The notes beneath the pieces were generated by a model, which made no database searches, had not been told where the DNA came from, and saw only the letters and a program-made list of their open reading frames with translations. DNA of 64,000 nucleotides from Myxococcales bacterium (GTDB taxonomy: Bacteria > Myxococcota > Myxococcia > Myxococcales > JAJYLH01). The translations under genes and the position numbers were made by a program. Below are positions 61,344 to 64,000 of this stretch, in pieces; the stretch's first letter is position 1, and each line of letters begins with the position of its first letter. The stretch lies in assembly GCA_021787845.1 (NCBI GenBank), contig JAJYLH010000013.1:32595-96594 (forward strand). The letters are read 5' to 3'.

Positions 61344-62339
61344 TTGGCGACTCACAGCCTGTACGTCGATGAAAGCGGGGCGATGAAGGCGCAGTCCGGT
61401 GACCCTCTCGGGCTACGGCTCGTTGGCGGCATGCTCTGTGCGGGCGATGCCGATCACCACCGGCGCACGCTGGCGCCGGCGGTGCGCGCAGGTTTCGATT
61501 GGTTTCACGAAAGCGATCCCCACGCCAATGAGTTGACGTCCAACAAGGTGCGTTGGGTTGTCCGGAACACCCGAGCGCCGATCCCTTGGCGATTGGAGCG
61601 GGTGCGCCGGGCGCCGCGGGTCACGGACGAGATTCGAAGAATCTGTGATGACGAGGCGATGCGGCTACGTCGAGGGCCGCTGAAGGCTGCGCGAGAGGTG
61701 GAAACCCTCCAGGTGCTCGTGGCCTGCGAGCATGACCTCGAAGAAGAGGCGGGGGAGAGCCGATATCAGGCGTTGCTGGCGGCCGCGGTGGAACGAGCGT
61801 TGTGGATGCTCGCTCACCTCGGCGGCAAGCGAGAGCTGCATGTGTTCGTCGAGCCCGGGGCCACGGGCTGGCCGAAAGACGGTTCCGGCCCAGCAGCCAT
61901 CGAAAGAGCCGTCACGCCAGTCTTGCAGGATATCGAGGCTCATCATCGGTTGCTTGGGGTAGCGGAGAGTTCGGTCGTACTGGGGCCGATCGTGACTCTA
62001 CCGAAGAACGCGCATCCAGGGCTGACCTTGGCAGATTTCGCATTGTATCCCATTGCCGCTCGGGAACGAGAAAAGCAGCGTTGGCACCGGCTCGATTGCA
62101 CCACATGGTCGATCGCTCGACTGCACGATCTGCAGAGCGTGTCGGGTCTGAGGATCGAAGCGACCGGGCCGGGGGCGGTGTCGAGCCTCTTTCGCAGATG
62201 GGCAATCGGGGAAATCGATTCGGCGGTCGCGGTGAATCGGCTGAACGGATGGTGTACGAGCCCTCCGCAGGGAGTGTTGGCAGCGGTGGCGGAGTCCACG
62301 CGCGATAGGATCGCCGGTTGGACGGGGAGGTCGAGATGA
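61344..62339 (+). CDS. DUF3800-like (RNase H-fold) protein
   Basis: Strong RBS before TTG; N-terminal LYVDESG, internal H-A-N-E-L, C-terminal GLTLADF typical of DUF3800. Confidence 0.65.
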   Translation: MATHSLYVDESGAMKAQSGDPLGLRLVGGMLCAGDADHHRRTLAPAVRAGFDWFHESDPHANELTSNKVRWVVRNTRAPIPWRLERVRRAPRVTDEIRRICDDEAMRLRRGPLKAAREVETLQVLVACEHDLEEEAGESRYQALLAAAVERALWMLAHLGGKRELHVFVEPGATGWPKDGSGPAAIERAVTPVLQDIEAHHRLLGVAESSVVLGPIVTLPKNAHPGLTLADFALYPIAAREREKQRWHRLDCTTWSIARLHDLQSVSGLRIEATGPGAVSSLFRRWAIGEIDSAVAVNRLNGWCTSPPQGVLAAVAESTRDRIAGWTGRSR

Positions 62340-63001
62340 CACCTGGCGAGAAGCTTCTCGCGCTGCTTGAGGCGATGCAAGAGGCTCAAACGCTGATCGA
62401 AATAAAACGCGCCGAGAACTTGCTCTATGCGCACGCCCGAGAGCTGACCCGGTGGGCCATCGGCCGCAAGGTGCCCCAGGCGGATTTCGATGACGTCGCT
62501 CAGGAGGTCTGTCTCGAACTGGCCCGGGGCCGCTGCAAGGCGACCCGGCCGGCTGAGGCCATGAGCTGGCTGAGAACGGTGGCAAGCAACAAGTACCGGA
62601 ACATGCTCCGCCGAGAGAGGCCGCGCGAGCCGTTGCCGCCCCCGTCGCCCCCGCCGCCGGAAATCGAGAGGGCCGCTCACTTCCTGCGCACCAAGGTTCT
62701 GTTCGCGGCACCCGTAGGCCAACGGCGAACCATTCGGGTGTTTCTAGAAAAGGAGCTCGACGGCAAGGGGCCGACCGTCGACGGGCCAAGGAGCGACGAG
62801 GAGCGACGCAAGGCCACGCAAAACTATTATGCGGATTCTTCGCGCGGGCAAGCGCATTTCGCCGAGGTGGCTGGAAGAATCTCGCCAACGCTATCAGAGT
62901 TGCAGCAGGCCCTGGCGCGGCGCTTGTCAGGTAGACGTTGGCAAGAACGTCTCCCGGAAAGTGAATCGCCCCCGACCGGGGACGAGGAGGACGAGCCGTG
63001 A
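62336..63001 (+). CDS. ECF-type sigma factor-like protein
   Basis: GGAGG RBS, ATGA overlap; region 2 signature DDVAQEV...SWLRTVASNKYRNMLRR; atypical region 4. Confidence 0.7.
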   Translation: MTPGEKLLALLEAMQEAQTLIEIKRAENLLYAHARELTRWAIGRKVPQADFDDVAQEVCLELARGRCKATRPAEAMSWLRTVASNKYRNMLRRERPREPLPPPSPPPPEIERAAHFLRTKVLFAAPVGQRRTIRVFLEKELDGKGPTVDGPRSDEERRKATQNYYADSSRGQAHFAEVAGRISPTLSELQQALARRLSGRRWQERLPESESPPTGDEEDEP

Positions 63002-63942
63002 ACATGCTTCCTGAAACGCTGGCGTCCTGGGTGGATGGCCCCTCGCTCGATCGATGGCTCATCGAGGGCTTGGCCGATCTCGACGAGGGCGGGGCGCTTC
63101 ACGCGCTGACCGTCATCGGACGGCTGCTGCGCTGCCCCGCGGCCAGCCTCGAGCTGCGGCGCGCGCTCCGCGACTGGCTGGCGGGGCATCTGAGCGAGCG
63201 CGAGGTCGCCCTCCTTGAGAGCGGGCTCGCTCTTCGGGGAGACAGTGCGGCCGAGCTGGCCGAACTCTTGCTGCACGGCCCCGAGAGTGTCAGCGCGGCG
63301 GCTGATGTCGACCTGTCCGAAGAAGCCGTCTGCCTCGTCCAAGCCCTCGACGACATGGAATCGCTCGAGCAGATTGCTGGTTTCCTTGCCGTTCGTCGGG
63401 CTTCCCTCAATGGCGCGACCGTGGTCGATGAGCACCTCCATCACTTTCGCGCGGCGGCGACCGCATGGGCCGAGCGCTTCGAGACGCTGAGCAGCGAGCT
63501 GATTCCAGCGTTGGAGCAGCGCCTCGCCGCGGTTTCCACCGACGACATCCCGCGCGCGCTGTTCGACGTGCTCGACGTGGAAGGCAACCCCTGGTGGCTC
63601 GAGCTCGTCGACCCGGAGAGGCGTCGCTGGTGGCAACGTCCCGCACTCCGACTGAAGGCCGCCGAGGGCAAGCCCATCGAGCTCGTGTCCGAGAATGGCG
63701 CGGCGCGGGTCAACATCGCGACTCGCGATGGAACGGTGATGGCGTTGGTGGAGCCTCCTGACTGGATGAAGGAGACCGGCGGCCAGCTTCTTTGGCTGGA
63801 GGGGCAAGCGCTGGTCCAAGCAACGCTGTCGCCGTATTCGACGAAGCTGCTTCAGGCCACGCTTCCTTCGACAATCCTTTCTGCGACCGAGTGGGCGCTT
63901 GAGATGGGAGGCCAGCGATGGGACTTGATTCGGACGACCTGA
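62998..63942 (+). CDS. Hypothetical protein (candidate anti-sigma)
   Basis: GAGGA RBS, GTGA overlap with the sigma gene; helical acidic N-terminus, PWW...WW, beta-rich C-terminus; no TM helix. Confidence 0.65.
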   Translation: MNMLPETLASWVDGPSLDRWLIEGLADLDEGGALHALTVIGRLLRCPAASLELRRALRDWLAGHLSEREVALLESGLALRGDSAAELAELLLHGPESVSAAADVDLSEEAVCLVQALDDMESLEQIAGFLAVRRASLNGATVVDEHLHHFRAAATAWAERFETLSSELIPALEQRLAAVSTDDIPRALFDVLDVEGNPWWLELVDPERRRWWQRPALRLKAAEGKPIELVSENGAARVNIATRDGTVMALVEPPDWMKETGGQLLWLEGQALVQATLSPYSTKLLQATLPSTILSATEWALEMGGQRWDLIRTT

Positions 63943-64000
63943 TCGCTCTCGCGGAGAACGGCAATCGAAAACGCGCCAAGGAGCTGGTAGATGCCCTCCC
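63918..64000 (+). CDS. Partial ORF running off the window
   Basis: GGGAGG RBS then MGLDSDDLIALAENGNRKRAKELVDAL; overlaps the previous gene end. Confidence 0.55.
   Translation, partial: MGLDSDDLIALAENGNRKRAKELVDAL

Overview
High-GC bacterial window. The MYXO-CTERM-like motif, Cys-rich and EGF lipoproteins and GC content suggest Myxococcota/deltaproteobacterial origin (inference). Core genes: tRNA-Leu(TAG), tig-clpP-clpX, a 2-oxoacid:ferredoxin oxidoreductase (korAB) directly followed by a complex I operon lacking nuoEFG and carrying a NuoB-NuoC fusion, tilS-ftsH, a cystathionine gamma-synthase/lyase, GH15 and GH92 glycosidases and a tandem ArsA/Get3 ATPase pair. Accessory content: two giant Ig-repeat surface proteins (one with an internal MYXO-CTERM-like anchor followed by a second export signal, i.e. 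a possible polyprotein), an intact and a decayed DUF4258/zinc-finger toxin-antitoxin module, a DsbA/cytochrome c/HEAT operon, and a 23-32 kb region with IS91/ISCR-like remnants, nested MITEs and a disrupted M48 peptidase. At the right edge is a coupled operon (DUF3800-like nuclease fold, ECF-like sigma factor, unknown proteins) that may be a defence/conflict system. Several palindromic REP-like families are present; some are inserted in frame into genes (signal-peptide n-regions, NuoM C-terminus) or supply stop codons. All calls come from reading motifs by eye; no searches were run.
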